Origin: Azolla caroliniana
Taxonomy: Eukaryota; Plantae; Polypodiophyta
Assembly (NCBI GenBank): GCA_043228905.1
Contig: JBHGNT010000005.1
Coordinates: 3,410,001 to 3,474,000, forward strand
Length of the DNA stretch: 64,000 nucleotides
Direction: 5' to 3'
Shown: positions 50,201 to 64,000 of the stretch, in pieces
Layout of the letters: the number at the start of each line of letters is the position of its first letter
Numbering within the stretch: the first letter of the stretch is position 1
Notes under the pieces: model-generated
Seen by the model: the letters and a program-made list of their open reading frames with translations, nothing else
What the model was told of the DNA's origin: nothing
Databases searched by the model: none
Position numbers and translations under genes: made by a program

Positions 50201-53200
50201 GAGGTGGTTTTCCGTCTACATCGAAGTATATGTCCACCCTACAATTTTTCACATCAATTGTTCTTGCACCGTTTCCTCTCCAAACACTCAACTTGACCCA
50301 ATATCAAGAGAGGTTTTTCTTCATCCAACGGTTTTGTATGCCTCTTCAGTGTTCGTGTTAACATAATTAATGACGAACAAATGAAAACAAATCACGACTT
50401 GAAAAGTTTTTCTTTTTGTGAGCGATTGATTTGAACAAAGCATTGTTAGCACCTTTGCTTTGGAAGGGAAAAATGTTTTGAATTTGAAATTTTAGACATC
50501 GAGAATGGCTCAAACCAAGAAGCTATAGGATTTCATAATCTTCTACTAGCTACTAATTGAAGTTGGTTTTCAAAATAAATTGGACAATGCAAATTCTCTA
50601 AACTTGAATTAGTTTGCAAATGTTTTCAAAATTTTCAACATCAATTCCAATCCCATGCAATTTTTTTATTTGATGGCAATAAACTCTCTTTTTTCATGAA
50701 AAAATATCCTCCATTGGTATTAAAAGCAAAGTGGCCATAGGCAATATAGAAAGTATTCCAATATTACATTGAATATTGTAAAGCCGTGCGGAACGATCGT
50801 AGCCAATTTCGTGTGGTTTGGTTGAGTGATAACACTTTCAATATTTCGTATTATGTACAATAGTTTTTTTATAAAGCAATAAAATGAAACGTCACTTTAT
50901 TACTCTAAAAAAATTGATCTTACATTGACATGGCAAATCAATCTTGTTTTTTCAAATCCATTACAAAAGGACCAAGAGATTATGGTTGATAATTCATCAT
51001 TAAGTCCAATTTTGTGAGAGAGTACCTCGATGTGCTTGTTCAATTAACTACGATCACGCATATCTTTGAAGCAATTTTCACCAAACACATTTGAAGATAC
51101 CTTAACAAAGAAAAGACTCATCCTCATCACTCTACTGAAATACGAAGGGAAAATCGTTGCATCGTGTATCACATCATAGGAAATAAAATTGTTATAAGTG
51201 TTATAGGTTAGGTATGTATATCAATGACATAGTTGAGTATGTGGTAGTTTCACATTGGTCAAAAGAATATTATGCTCCTCATAAACATTGCAGAAAATGC
51301 ATGTTGTGGGTCTCAAATTGGAATTGTTCCTTTCAAAAACTATTATCATTTCAAAATGAAGTTAGTTTTTGTTCCATTTGACAATATGAATACTCATTCT
51401 CGTTTCCTCTCATTTTTTATATTATACTTCGCATTAAGTGGTTAGAGATCCTTGTCACTTTACCTAGGTGAGACCTTTTTCCAAATGAAATTGGTTTTAA
51501 TGAAGAATATTTCGAATGATAATTTATTAATAGGCCCAAAATTGTATGCTTGATATAGGATAGGAAGATATTTGGAATCGTGGAATGCGTCATTATGTTC
51601 GTTTATGTGGTGTTGGTGAAGAGTTACATGTGATGTAAACGAATAATTTAGATCTAACACACATTATCAAATTAATAATTTTAAGATGCTAGAATCTTTA
51701 GAAGAATCACGCGTCCATGTTGAATGGAAGAGGTATTATCATCGTGCTATATATAGTTGGGAGGACATATATGCTCTCCCATAGAGTGAGGCATCATGAT
51801 TGTTTTCAACAATATCTTAACTTTCTCTAACTTTATCTCTCATATAAGGCCCCACACTCACGAGTCACCACTGTTCACTTTATTGTGTTTGTGATTGCAT
51901 TAATTTCATGCTATATATATCACAATTGCATGAAGAATGAACCCAACACCCTACTAAAACTATTGCAGCCCAATCCTTGTCCATGACTAACCTAACACAA
52001 ACCACCTTAAGCATTGAAATTTGGGGCAATATTGTTGAATACTATATGAGGATGATCGTTGAAGACAATGAGCTATCATGTTCTCAATGTGAATGATTAG
52101 GAACACACCACAAAAGTTAAGGCATTCGACGTAATTGGATCATGTCAAACACAACACCTAAATTTATAATTTGGGGATTCATATTCAACATATTATATTG
52201 GTAATAACAACGAGTGTGTAACACATCTGTATGCCATGCAAGGGATGGGCAAAAGTGTTGTGATTCAAAAACTCATAATCAACATAACTTTGCCAATGGA
52301 AGGCATTTGATGAGCATGTCACTTGGTCTAGATGCAAAACAAGGGAACTATCTAGGGCTTCGATATGATTACTAACAATAAAAAGAAAAGAGATGGAGAT
52401 GAATTTAAACTTGAGAGGGAGTTTGTTGGAGTGAAAAATATATTCAAATCATATGAATGTTGAAAAAACGTATTTGTAAAATAAAGATGATGATTGGTTT
52501 TACTATTTTCTTGGAAAACATTATTTAACATTTATTTAGAATATACCTTATTTTACAAGCTTATATTATGACAATAGCTACTTTTAACATTAGCACTAAT
52601 TTAAGGTGTTTTATGCGAACATGTCCCAAAAGTTTATCATGTTGGTGATAGTTCCGAGCAAGATTCATTGAAATACCCTTCGGCTTCTGTTGCTTCCCCA
52701 AGTGCCCCTAGCCACCCTATGGAAGTGCAACGACCAACTCATTTGTCTTACTTCACAATTGCTTGAGCTATCTTGGGACATGATCAACTCACTCCCTTTT
52801 TCTCAATGAAATGTATAATCTAAACAATGAGATGCCCAATTATTCTCATGCTTTTATCTTCTTAGAGTTGACAAATTCCACCTTCCAAAACATAAACCAA
52901 ATACTCAAGGGGTGTCTCACTAAAAATAAGAGTTATTTCCAAGAATTATTTTGATTTGTCTCTCCCCTAACAGTTGACCAAGTGTGTTATATGGTCGATC
53001 TTCATATACTTTTGTTTTTTGAGGTTTGATCAATGACCTTTCTGGAAAGAAGAGCGTTTTATATGGCCGGGTTTCTTCTTTGACTTACATCTTCCAAGGG
53101 TCGACAAATAGGTGTTTCTTGAAAGAAACACTCAACAAGCAACTATATACAATGAAGAATTAGGTTATGTGGTCAAGTTGAGTCTTCCCATATACGTACA

Positions 53201-53349
53201 TAAATATACACATACATACATACATATGGTCATCTTTTGAGGGTTGACAAATGGGCATTTCTCAGGCAAAATATATAGAAAGGATAGTTAGGTTATGTGG
53301 TCGAGTTGAGTCTTCCTATATACATACATAATATATACACATACATACA

Positions 53350-53382
<33 letters not shown>

Positions 53383-53757
53383 GTGCGTGTGCCTTTGTGG
53401 CTTTCGAGGGTTGAGCCATGTCATTTTTCTGGAAAGAGAAGAGCCTTATATTGATGAAATGGTCAGTAGAATCCTATGTAGGGATTCCTTCCTCTATTCA
53501 GAGGGTTGACGACAAGAGAGCACTTCCCCCCAAGGAAACAACGAAATACTCTTGATTTCTTCTTCTTCTTCTTCTTCTTCTTTGGGGGCAAGGGGTATTT
53601 CGGAGATTAGGGTTCCCTTAATTTACAGAAATGACCCTCACACGAAGGCTAGATTTGCAATTATCCAAATCCATCATCAAATTCAGAACCAGTACATTTC
53701 AAAACATAATACTTCTTCTTCTTCTCCTTCTCCTGCTTCTTCTCTTGTCTGACGACG

Positions 53758-56700
53758 ATGATGATCGCTTCTCGGCTCAGCTGTCGTCGCTACGGCCATG
53801 ACCATGTCGAAATCGCTCGATATCCTCCACCGGAAAGAACATTCTCAACCTCCAACCTCCCTCTTCTCTCCAAGGTTTCCATGACCTACTCAGGAAGACG
53901 ATTCCTTACTTCAGATCAGCAATGCCTCCACCGTAAATCATTAAGCTTTGCCATAATCCCCAACACTGCTTGTATATCAGAGGTATGCATCGTTTATATC
54001 TCCTACACATAGAAAAATGATATTTTCTGTATCCTACACCAGCACCGCTATTTCAAAGAAAATATCTCAACTTCTTGCAGATAGAGGAGAAGATTGCTAT
54101 ATTTCTATCTTTTTCTTGTTGAACAATACGTTTGTGTACTATAATTCTCATTATAATGGCTTTATTATAATCCAAGGCTTTTGCACTTGAAGTTTCTGTG
54201 AATCTAATTCTTATTACAATGATGCTGCAGGTAAGCTCCGCTTGTGCTGTCCATGGGTATTATACAGAACCATTTGCATCAGAAAGGATCCATAATTCAT
54301 CAAAGAGAAGCTTTGGAATCGGCTATTCTGAAAGGTTTGCAACGACAATGCTCCATAATTCCTCAATAATGGTAAGGAAGAGGTTCAGAATCTGTTGCAT
54401 ATCTCCATCAAAAAGAAGATCCTCTAGCCTTTCCTTGATCTATTCAAGAAGAATATATGATTTCAAACAGATCGATCACTATCATTCAAAGAGACACTTT
54501 GAGACTATTGTTCTACAACATCCTAGAATAAACAGAAAACATTCTCAGTTTTCTTTAAATATGAGCATTACAGCTGCGGCCATGGCTGACTCCTCCTTTG
54601 AGCTTTGTGATGGACAGTCTCGATCTTTTCATGAGCTTCCTTCAGGCTTGAAGATGGAGGTAATACAACAATTGGCCGAATATACAACTAAATCTGACAA
54701 TAAGAAGAAGAAGCCTCCTATTGTATTTCTTCATGGAAGTTATCATGCTGCTTGGTGCTGGGCTGTTCATTGGCTTCCATTTTTCTCCACCAAAGGTCAT
54801 AATTGTTATGCCCTCAGTTTCCTGGGACAGGTTTAATCTTTCTTTGAATTTTTGATCCTTTTTAATATATCTTTTAGATCATAATAGTTCAGATATGGAG
54901 ATACTGAGGTGTTTGATCAGTTTGCAAATAAAGATCATACTTCAAAAGTGATTGAGGTTTTCTTTTTAGAGAAGATAAGTTATGGAGATGGTCAGATGTT
55001 TGATGAATTCTCAGAGTAATGTAGTGGCAAATGCCAAACGTGTTTCAAAAGAGGTAAGACGTGGTCGAGGTTTTCAGTTCATAGAGATTTGATTATAGGT
55101 AAGATAAGGAGATGATGAGGTATTTGATCATTCTCAATTTAATGTGGTTGCAATTAAAACTGTGTTTTGAAAGAGGTAAGAAGAGGAAACAGTTTTTCAG
55201 TTCATAGAGATTTGATAATAGGTAAGATATGGAGATGGGGAGGTTTTTGATGATTCTGAGAACAATTTGGTTGCAAATCCAGTTCAAGAATATGTATCGA
55301 AAGAGGTCAGTTTGAAGAAGTGACCAGATTTTTTTGGTTGATAAGGATTTGCTTTTCTGGTATTGCAGTACCTACTTTTGTAGTTGTTAATCTCTCTAAT
55401 GTAGCCGAATACTTTGATAGTTGTATCACTCTATAACATACCTGCTATAGAGGGTTGAGGATATCAAAACTTAAAGAACAAGAACAAGAAGATCTGAAAG
55501 TATAACCGTTATATATCATGTCAGAATTCTCAAAACGAATTGAAGCGAACTGAGCTACATGCTGCTAAAACTGAGTTATCACTTCTAAATTGACACTTCT
55601 GATATCTGCATTTGAAATATAAATAAGTTTTTAACTACTAAACTCTTTAAATTATGTTTTTTAGGGTGAAAGTGATATTCCTAGTGCAGGAGTTGGAGGA
55701 ACACTTCAGGTAACAAAGATTCTCTAAACAAATAAGAATACATGGCATGCATAAGTTTGGTCCACATCATCAATGGCTGAGACATGTTTTTTTCATGTAA
55801 TCCAGTAGTCTCATGCAAGGGATGTAGCTCATTTTATTCGACATAAAGTACCAGAAAAACCAGTCTTGGTTGGACATTCATTTGGAGGACTAATAGTTCA
55901 GCAGTATTTAGCTCCCAATATAAATTTGTATTCACATTCAGAACTATCCTCTGAAGGTAATGATCATCAGGTGAATTTTTTTTCAGTGCTCATTGATGTG
56001 AGGGCATCAAATGATAAACAGAATTTTGAAAATACTTTAACAGAGGTCGAAGAGCCTTTCCCAAGGTTAACTGCTGCAATCTTGGCGTGCTCAGTGCCTC
56101 CTACAGGCAATGGGTAAGAGTTAAGTTTTAATTTTGTTCATTTAAGTTGGGAAAAACTCCTAAATCCCCCTAAGTTTTTGTTACTTCTTCTAAATGCCCT
56201 TGGTTGAATCCCTCAGACGGGTATGAATTGATTGAGAAAAAGAGATGAGTTGACCATACTCTTGCTCAAAGAACACATATAATTGCTCTTTTGGGGGTTG
56301 GCCGAAGGCATTTGGGTAAATAACACAGACTTCAAGGCATTTGGGAAAATAAAGGAAAATGGTAGGCTATGTTGGAATTTTTCTTTTTTACTTTTTCTGG
56401 TAACATAAAGGGCCTCAAGCTCAATAATTAACCAATTTTGTATTTCATTACAAAAATGTAATTCTTCTGTTTCTGTTTGTATAACAAAGAAGTCGAAAGG
56501 AAAACTCTAATGTATGATTTATAAACTTACCAAGGTTGATTGGGCCTTCACTGTCCTAGCTATGCAACGTTTGTAAGTGACAATAGGCTTGGAAAATGTG
56601 AGCCAAACTCAACTTTTGATCATTCATTATATGGATAACTGATGTCTAAAAAGATGAGCGAACAGAAAGAAATCCATATCATTTAAACTTCTCTAGCATA

Positions 56701-58351
56701 GTTGGTATAATATAATTGATGGTTTAGTTGACTTCCCCTTTTGTCGCTTACTCTTATATTCATTATATAATTTAAACCCAATCGCAATCTAGTTTTTACC
56801 CTTGGTAGACTATGTTCAAATTGAGAGGTGTGAGGATAACTTTTTTCAGAACTGGTATGGTCTGAATATATTAAATAAAGAAAATTGATCATGTTAAGGA
56901 ATACTGTAGTCCAACCCTGTTAACATTTATTGAACAATACAATTAGAAGAATGAGTGTGTACCTTCAACAAATTTTTGATGCATAATATAGATCAATTAG
57001 AGGGAGAGAAATTATGTATACAATTTTACGAAATTCAATAAAACCAGAAACAGAATTTGTAACATAGCAGTATCTGGAGAAGTAACAGAGCCTTTAATTC
57101 TTTCAGTTATACGCTTTCTACCATTTGTTCCTCTGTATTTGTTAATGAAGATGGTGCATTTCCATGTTTATGTAATGGTGTGGATGTCTGTTTCTCATAA
57201 ATATTTCTCTTTCCTTATCTTTGTGTGGGTTTATATTTAAGTAAAATCTTACTTCTGAAGTTCTTGTTTGTTTTCTTGACAGACCTCTTGTACAAAGATA
57301 TCTTATGAGTAGACCATTTGATTCTATCAAGGTGATAATGTATATGATTATTCTCTTGTTCTGCCTAATGTTCTACGAGTATGGAGTTTCCCTAACGCAT
57401 TTCAGTATTTATGGACATTGATAGGTAACACTTAGTCTTGCAGCGAAGGCATTTGCTTACAGTAAATCCCTTTGTAGGGAGACCTTCTTTTCAAGAAATA
57501 TGCCATTACCTCTTGTGCATAGGTAAGCAAATTTTGATCTCCAGTAGAAAACCATATGTGATTTAAAGCATATTTGAAGTAGCAAAAAACAAACATAAAA
57601 TGACTTTGACATGTTATTTTTTTCAGAATTGATTTGTACTGTACCGCCGCCTGTCCCCATAACTCCTATATATACGTAATGTTTAGTACTCCTTTAGAGA
57701 TTGTCACCAAGGTTATTGTTCAGGAACTAAACCCCACATGGATAGCTTATGTTTACCTTTGCGTTTTTGGATCAATAATGCCTGTGCTCACTCTTGCAGT
57801 GAGGTGTACCTTCTCTTTAGAGGGTCAAACTCCTCAATTTTCCAAAAAACAAATCTGGCATTATATCTTTTTCAAAAACGGATTCCAACCCTACCACCAT
57901 AAAAATCCCAAGATTCTAGATAGTATTGTCTAATGATACGCATTTTGAGGAAGACACAAGAAATACCATAAATTTCTGTCATAGCGGAGTAATATAGTTC
58001 TAGTTCTAGCAATAATTATATGGATGACCTGAAATGACAACCATATTCGTCATTGATGGTTCACGTCTGCAGTGATCTCAGTCATTGGTGTCTAATCTAA
58101 ATACTGTCTCATGGTTCATGAGAAACAAATCCTGCATCTGTTAAAGATCTTCCAAATGTCCTAGTGGATATCGGATGATGAACAAACAAGAAGTATGTAT
58201 ACATCCTATTCACAGAAGAGATCCAGAGGAACTATAGCATGGTATGAAAAGTCTTACAGAATCTTGGCCGGTTTACCTTGCTAGAAGGATCCTCACGATG
58301 ATAATAGGGTCACCAATGAAAGATAGATAGATAAATTCTATTATCGTCTCC

Positions 58352-58420
<69 letters not shown>

Positions 58421-60172
58421 TGACGACAATGATATTTATAATATACTTCTGTCCTCGTGATCCCAGAAATATGATGGTTGAAGGGGCCTGTAGTTGACAA
58501 ATGATTGTTTACGCTCATAGAAGGAACTTACGTAGATTCCTAGAAGATCGGGTTTCCTCTTGCTTATTACAAGGAGTTCTTTGAGGGTATTGCATATTGG
58601 GGTATGATACGTGGCATATTTGAGAGAGAGAGCTATCTATGGGACGAGGCCTAGCCCAAAGGCGGGGATCAAACTTGAATTCTCTCAAAATTATGACTTT
58701 AATGTGACTGTGTAAACCACCAAGCCAACAGCCAGAGAGAGAGAGGTGATAATGATGATGATATACTAATGTGTCCACAGGGGGCTAAAGAAAAAGTAAA
58801 AATAAAATCTGAAATAAAAAACATAGCTTATTTCTGAATTTCACTGTTTGGATCTTCCATGAGTTTGGTTCTGTGATCAAATCAAGTCAACTAGCAAAGA
58901 ACATGCCTGATGTTGTCAGGAGTGGTTCTATCCTTGTTAGGAGTTATGGGGAGATATTACAACCAAATAAGAATTCCTGAAAGCCATGCCTAATATTCTC
59001 ATATGCAATCCTTTCCAAAGTGGCATGTTCGCTTCTTTCCAATACCCTGTGAAACGGTGTGGTGGCACATCTCAACCTCTTGGTCATGGGTATCCAGATG
59101 TGTCCTTGGACATTGGCTAAACACTCTAGTAATTATCCCAGTATTGATTATTAATGTGGCTGCACTTTTGAAACTGCACTTTTCCCATTTCATGTGGAGG
59201 GTTTCAAATGTGATGGAGTGCAAAGCATGGACTAATGTTCCCCTGTCCCTTCTTTTTGTATGTGATATTCCTCAACATGCCAACTTTCACACCATTTCTG
59301 AATCTTGGACCCAGCTGGATGGGAAAAATAACTTTTGTGGTTTTTTTTATGGTTTTGGGCCAGGATTTTGAGGCATTATCTTCACTTTTGATTTGTCCTT
59401 GTAAACTCTTTGAAGGGCATAAACCTATATTATCCTTGCTTGTAGGTACCAACAACTACTAGCAAAAAGCTCCAATGTACCACTTTTCAATTTACGAGAA
59501 CTTAACGCATCACTACCTGTGGAAGTTCCTTCTGAGGATGCACCACCCATTCTTGTTATTGGAGCAGAAAATGACTTTGTTGTGGTAATTTTGATTTTAT
59601 GGTCTAAAGGAACGGTGTCATTTCACTTCCTTTCATGGAATCGTGCATTGGTATACTGTGTTCCATGTGCTCTTTCTTGAGGATTAACAACCATTGGTAT
59701 GTGTACAAGTAATTGTGATTTTATGGTCTAAAGGAATGGTGTCATTTCACCTCCCATGGAAACTTGCATTGTTATACCATCTTCCATGTGCTCTTTCTTG
59801 AGGGTTACCAACCATTGGTATGTGTACAATGTGTGCTTTCTTGCAAAGCTGCCTTTTTGTAGGGTTGCATTTGCTTGATTGTTCTTGATAGATGTTAAGA
59901 TAACATGAAATTGTTCTGAACTCATTTTTGTAATATTTTCTAATCTTTGACAAATGCTATATTGTGTGCCATGAATGTTAAAATTGCAGGATATTCAGGG
60001 TCTCCATGACACTGCTGATGTCTATGGAAATAACTTAGTCATTGTACCATCAATTGCACATGACATTATGCTGGATGTTGCATGGAATGATGCAGCAGAT
60101 GTAGTGGCTACTTGGCTAGAAGAAAAAGCCCCTATGGATATGCAAGCAGAAATGTCATCTACAAGAAAATGA
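53758..60172 (+). CDS. Alpha/beta-hydrolase (esterase/lipase), 9 exons, probably organelle-targeted
   Basis: Exons at 53758-53982, 54231-54830, 55665-55709, 55809-55956, 56044-56113, 57283-57331, 57425-57522, 59446-59584 and 59990-60172. Motifs FLHGSYHAAWCW, GHSFGG (nucleophile), GAENDFVVD and IAHDIML. Exon 1 is less certain than the rest. Confidence 0.88.
56149..56385. mobile_element. Mutator-type MITE in hydrolase intron 5, same family as 35424-35716
   Basis: Shares GGGAAAAACTCC, AAATGCCCTTGGTT, TTGCTCAAA, CACATATAATTGCTC and GGCATTTGGG with the PAHX intron copy. Confidence 0.6.
58353..58418. repeat. (GA)n microsatellite in hydrolase intron 7
   Basis: About 32 AG units seen directly. Confidence 0.95.
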
Positions 60173-60644
60173 TGAAGCTGTTTCTGGAGTCACTGTTGTA
60201 TTTGCACTGAGTCACTGATTGCAATTTTCATTCTACAAGCCTGCATGGATGTTTAAAGGTTCCCTATATAAGAATTTGCTGAATATTTGAGTCTTTCTTT
60301 GTGTGAGGTGTTAAACAGTTTTGTTAGATTTTATCATGTTGTGGTTGGCTCATATGTCAACTACACAAAACTGTATCCACTGTTTTCAACTTGCTCATAT
60401 ATTATCATTGACACAAAATTATATCCACTGTTTTCACTGACAACTTATGTTAGTAAGATATGGTGGGGTTTCATTACCTCCAAATGGTGCAAATGTGTTG
60501 CTTTAGATTGAAAATTACTTATCCACACCTTGACTCAAGAATGCTCAAATTTGACATTGACATTTTCAGTATCAAACTTCCTACATCAGTTACTGGTTCA
60601 ACTTTCACATGTACTGGTTCCTTTCCAAATAAAGAGAAGCAATA

Positions 60645-61200
60645 TGATGTGATATATTAACTGTCGATGTAAAAGACAATTTTTGTATCAATGGCATGAT
60701 ACATTAACTGTCAATGTAAAAGACAATTTTTGTATATCTGACGTGATACATTAACTGTCAATATAAAAGACAAATTTGTATATATGACACGATACATTAA
60801 CTGTCAATGTAAAAGACAATTTTGTATATATGACGTGATACATTAACTGTCAATATAAAAGACAATTTTGGTAACAAATTTGTATATATGACACAATACA
60901 TTAACTGTCAATGTAAAAGACAATTTTGTATATATGACGTGATACATTAACTGTCAATGTAAAAGACAATTTTGGTATCGAACTTCCTACTCAATGACTC
61001 ACAAAGATTAAAATTTCAAATATCTTCCTAACTGTCAATGTAAACAACAATTTTGTATATATGACGTGATACATTAACTGTCAATGTAAAAGACAATTTT
61101 GTATATATGACATGATACATTAATTGTCAATGTAAAAGACAATTTTGGTATCGAACTTCCTACTCCATGACTCACAAAGATCAAAATTTCAAATATCTTC
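60645..61200. repeat. ~46-bp minisatellite, about 10 units
   Basis: Unit GATACATTAACTGTCAATGTAAAAGACAATTTTGTATATATGACGT. A second block (GGTATCGAACTTCCTACTC...AAATATCTTCC) occurs twice. Confidence 0.92.
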
Positions 61201-61763
61201 CTTTAGCTCACCCTTCCAACAAAAGGTAACAATATGACAAGTTCCCCATATAAAATTGGGCAAAATCTCCCAAGTCATGCAGAATACCTTGATTTATAAG
61301 ATTTACATATAAAAGTAGGTAATATGCCATGTCAGGCATAAAATCTCAATATTTCAGATTTACATATGAATCTTAGCAAGATGCCATTGACAACGCTACT
61401 CTCAGCTCCTCTCTTATTTTATGTTTGGATTTCGTGTGTACTTTTTATCTTTCTTCTTACTTGCATATTTTCTTCTCTTACTGAGGGAAATATTTCTCCT
61501 CAAAACCTCTTGTCCCATTTTTCCATTTTCTTGATCTTATACTTCCATTTTTCCTCTTTCATCCAGACTTTAATACAACATAAAAGAATAGGAGGAGAGC
61601 TCAAGTGGCAAAAATAAGCACAAAACTTGAGGCTCCAAATAACTCTTACAAAGAAAAGAATTGTTGAGGCTCCATATAACTCAGAAAAGAATTGTGTGTC
61701 CACATACATTGGAGACGATCAAAAAGTGGCACTATGGAAGCCATACAAATTCATGGATCTCCT

Positions 61764-63836
61764 CTATTTTGCAGCATACCAACTGTTGGCATACTTTGCA
61801 TCCACAACAAGATCAACTTTCAAAATGTTCTTTCCATTGAAGGGATGTGACATTGATCTCACCACAAGATCTTTTGCATAGGCTGCAGAATCTGTTGGCC
61901 CCTCCAGAATCATTTCATCATGGACCTACCAAAAGGAAGTTTATATCAATACAAAGAACACATGTATTTATCTAGTTTCTACCAACTCTACCTACTCCCA
62001 CTCAAGTTTTCACTCAGGAATCCTTCATATTCTTTCTATGTCTCAAACTAAAAGGAGCATATATTCCTAGTCATTTCATTGTACTCTTTTTTCCATGGGT
62101 TTCCACCAATAACAAAACGAATTACAAAAAACATTGTTTACCTGCAGAAGCAGCCTCCAACCAAGCCGTTTCAACTCAGTATTCCTTGCAATCTCCAGCA
62201 TCGCAAGCATTGCCACATCAGCTGCACTTCCCTGAACAGTAAAGAGCATCTCTTATTTAAAGAACTATAATAATGCCGGAGGCAATTAAAACTTGGGTTG
62301 GAATCCAAAGAAGACCTGGACAGGAGTATTTATTGCAGCACGTTCTATTCGACCCTTCGAAAAATTATTAGCTGATTTTACAGCAGGGAAGTGACGGGCA
62401 CGACCCAGAATAGTGTATACACAATGGTTCTTGAGTGCATCCCTCTTCTGTATTTCTTGCCATAGCCGTACTTCTCGCCGATCTCTATACCAAAGGTCCA
62501 CAGTTTCCTGGGCCTCTTCTAAACTTACCTGCACATATATTTTAGTCTTGACAATTCCATACCATGACAAGAGCGGACACACTTCTTTCAGTTACATAAT
62601 TATATTATTAAGAAAATCTAACATGAAATCAAAACACAATCCAACAAAGTACCAGTTACCAAGAATGCAATATCCAAGTACATTTATGTTTTTCAATATT
62701 ATACAAAGGACAGCATGAACATAAAAATATAGCCTCAACATGTTACATTTGAGATGATTCTTCCAATCATCAAGCACTTTGGCAATCAAAGTAACCTACA
62801 AGGGCATTTGGAAACTGGCAATGTCCTCAAAAGATTGAAAGTTCAAAACCATAGGTTGTTGACAAATGTGCTAAATGTTTCTCTTGTAACAAAATATAAA
62901 ATTGAGATAAACAATTGAGATCTGTCTAGACCGTAAAAGATAAGCCTTCAATAACAAGTAAATCCTACTATATGATGATAGAATTTAAACTAGCTGTAAT
63001 GTGAAAAGTAGCACATTAAATAGAAAATTAAGGTACAAACTAGCCATCTAAGCCTCCATGTCTCCGTCACTTAAAGCATTATCGATTTGCATCAATTAGT
63101 ATAAAATCCAAACGAAAAAGGAACCAATTTAATGTGGCCCATATATCAACTTGTGTCAATACTGATGCTTGACAGTCAGGTGGCTTGTTCATTATCCATG
63201 ATAACATGGATCTGATGTATCTGTATGCTGAATAACATAGGTGACAAACTCCACTAGTGCACACTAACGTAAGATACCAATTTATACATGTATATGCAGG
63301 ATGTAACTAGACATGAGCAAAAAAGAACAGAGGAGACAACAAACTACTGAAAAACATTTTGGGACGAAAATTTATCCATACTACGAAATGCACAATCCCA
63401 TGTAAAATGCACAGGCAGACTTGAAAGTCCAAAGCTAATCTTCATACCTTCCAGTCCTTTGAGAGACCCATAGCTGTTTTACCATAAGCAATAGAGAAGT
63501 TCAGCATCTTCGCCTTTCTCCGTTCTGCAGCATATACATCCTGCATGCACAATGGAAATGGATATATCAAGCATAGTATAAGAAAGAATATGCCTAGATA
63601 AAATACATAATGTCCAGGTCCCAACTCCATTCGTCCATTACCTTGAGTAAAGGTGCAGGTGGAGATTCCTCCCCAGATTTCGGCTCCCACTCTAGCAGCA
63701 CATCTCCTCTTTCTACAGCTTTTCTCAAGTGATCATACATATTCATGGCTGTTCTTGAATGGAAATCACCTCCAATGCGAAACGCTTCCAACATACTCTG
63801 GCAATTTGCCAGATGTGCTAAGAGTCTAAGCTCTAA
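61764..63836 (-). CDS. POLIA/POLIB: Plant organellar DNA polymerase I-like (family A, POP), last five exons; 5' part outside the window
   Basis: Exons at 63836-63642, 63540-63448, 62528-62316, 62231-62142 and 61925-61764. Motifs LELRLLAHL, GGDFHSRTA, RRKAKMLNFSIAYG (motif B), ERAAINTPVQGSAAD, LLLQVHDE (motif C) and the terminal WYAAK. Confidence 0.95.
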
Positions 63837-64000
63837 CTGTAAATCAAACAGAAAACACCAATATCAATTTTACGTAATAAGTATTTGCAACTAAGTATTA
63901 GTGGAGAAGACCAAAGATTTTCTGTTTGTGTGCACAGAGACTACAGGTAAATCAACAGCTGAGGACATTTGCAGTAACTGATAACTTTTGCCATGACCTC

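Noticed and set aside
61764-63836. Bacterial polA contamination or recent horizontal transfer
   Set aside because: It has spliceosomal introns and the WYAAK C-terminus typical of plant organellar polymerases.

Overview
Eukaryotic nuclear DNA from a land plant. The retrotransposon types suggest a non-seed plant, but that is inference. Bases 1-31.6 kb are a deeply nested LTR-retrotransposon stack, nearly all on the minus strand. It holds two copies of a Tnt1/Tork-like Ty1/copia family: A is frameshifted and runs off the left edge, while D (18428-23995) is intact with a CTACC TSD. It also holds an older copia (G), a complete non-chromovirus Ty3/gypsy (C, 11746-27368, TSD CAAGA) with a ~960-aa extra ORF, older gypsy elements (B, E and a relic), and LTRs of a TGTCGTGA-ended family (F). 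Bases 33-64 kb are gene-rich: phytanoyl-CoA dioxygenase (PAHX, +), a Mutator-like element containing a 5'-truncated LINE, an intronless MoCo-sulfurase-like PLP protein (-), an alpha/beta hydrolase (+), and the 3' part of the organellar DNA polymerase I-like gene (-). The most notable observation is that gypsy C has no polypurine tract next to its 3' LTR. That position instead holds a sense-strand copy of a tRNA-Arg 3' end (TCCCACGGGCGTGCCA, 2 nt before the LTR TG). This is effectively a second, inverted PBS, and it suggests tRNA-primed or tRNA-mimic-primed plus-strand synthesis. Coordinates and difference counts were read by eye.
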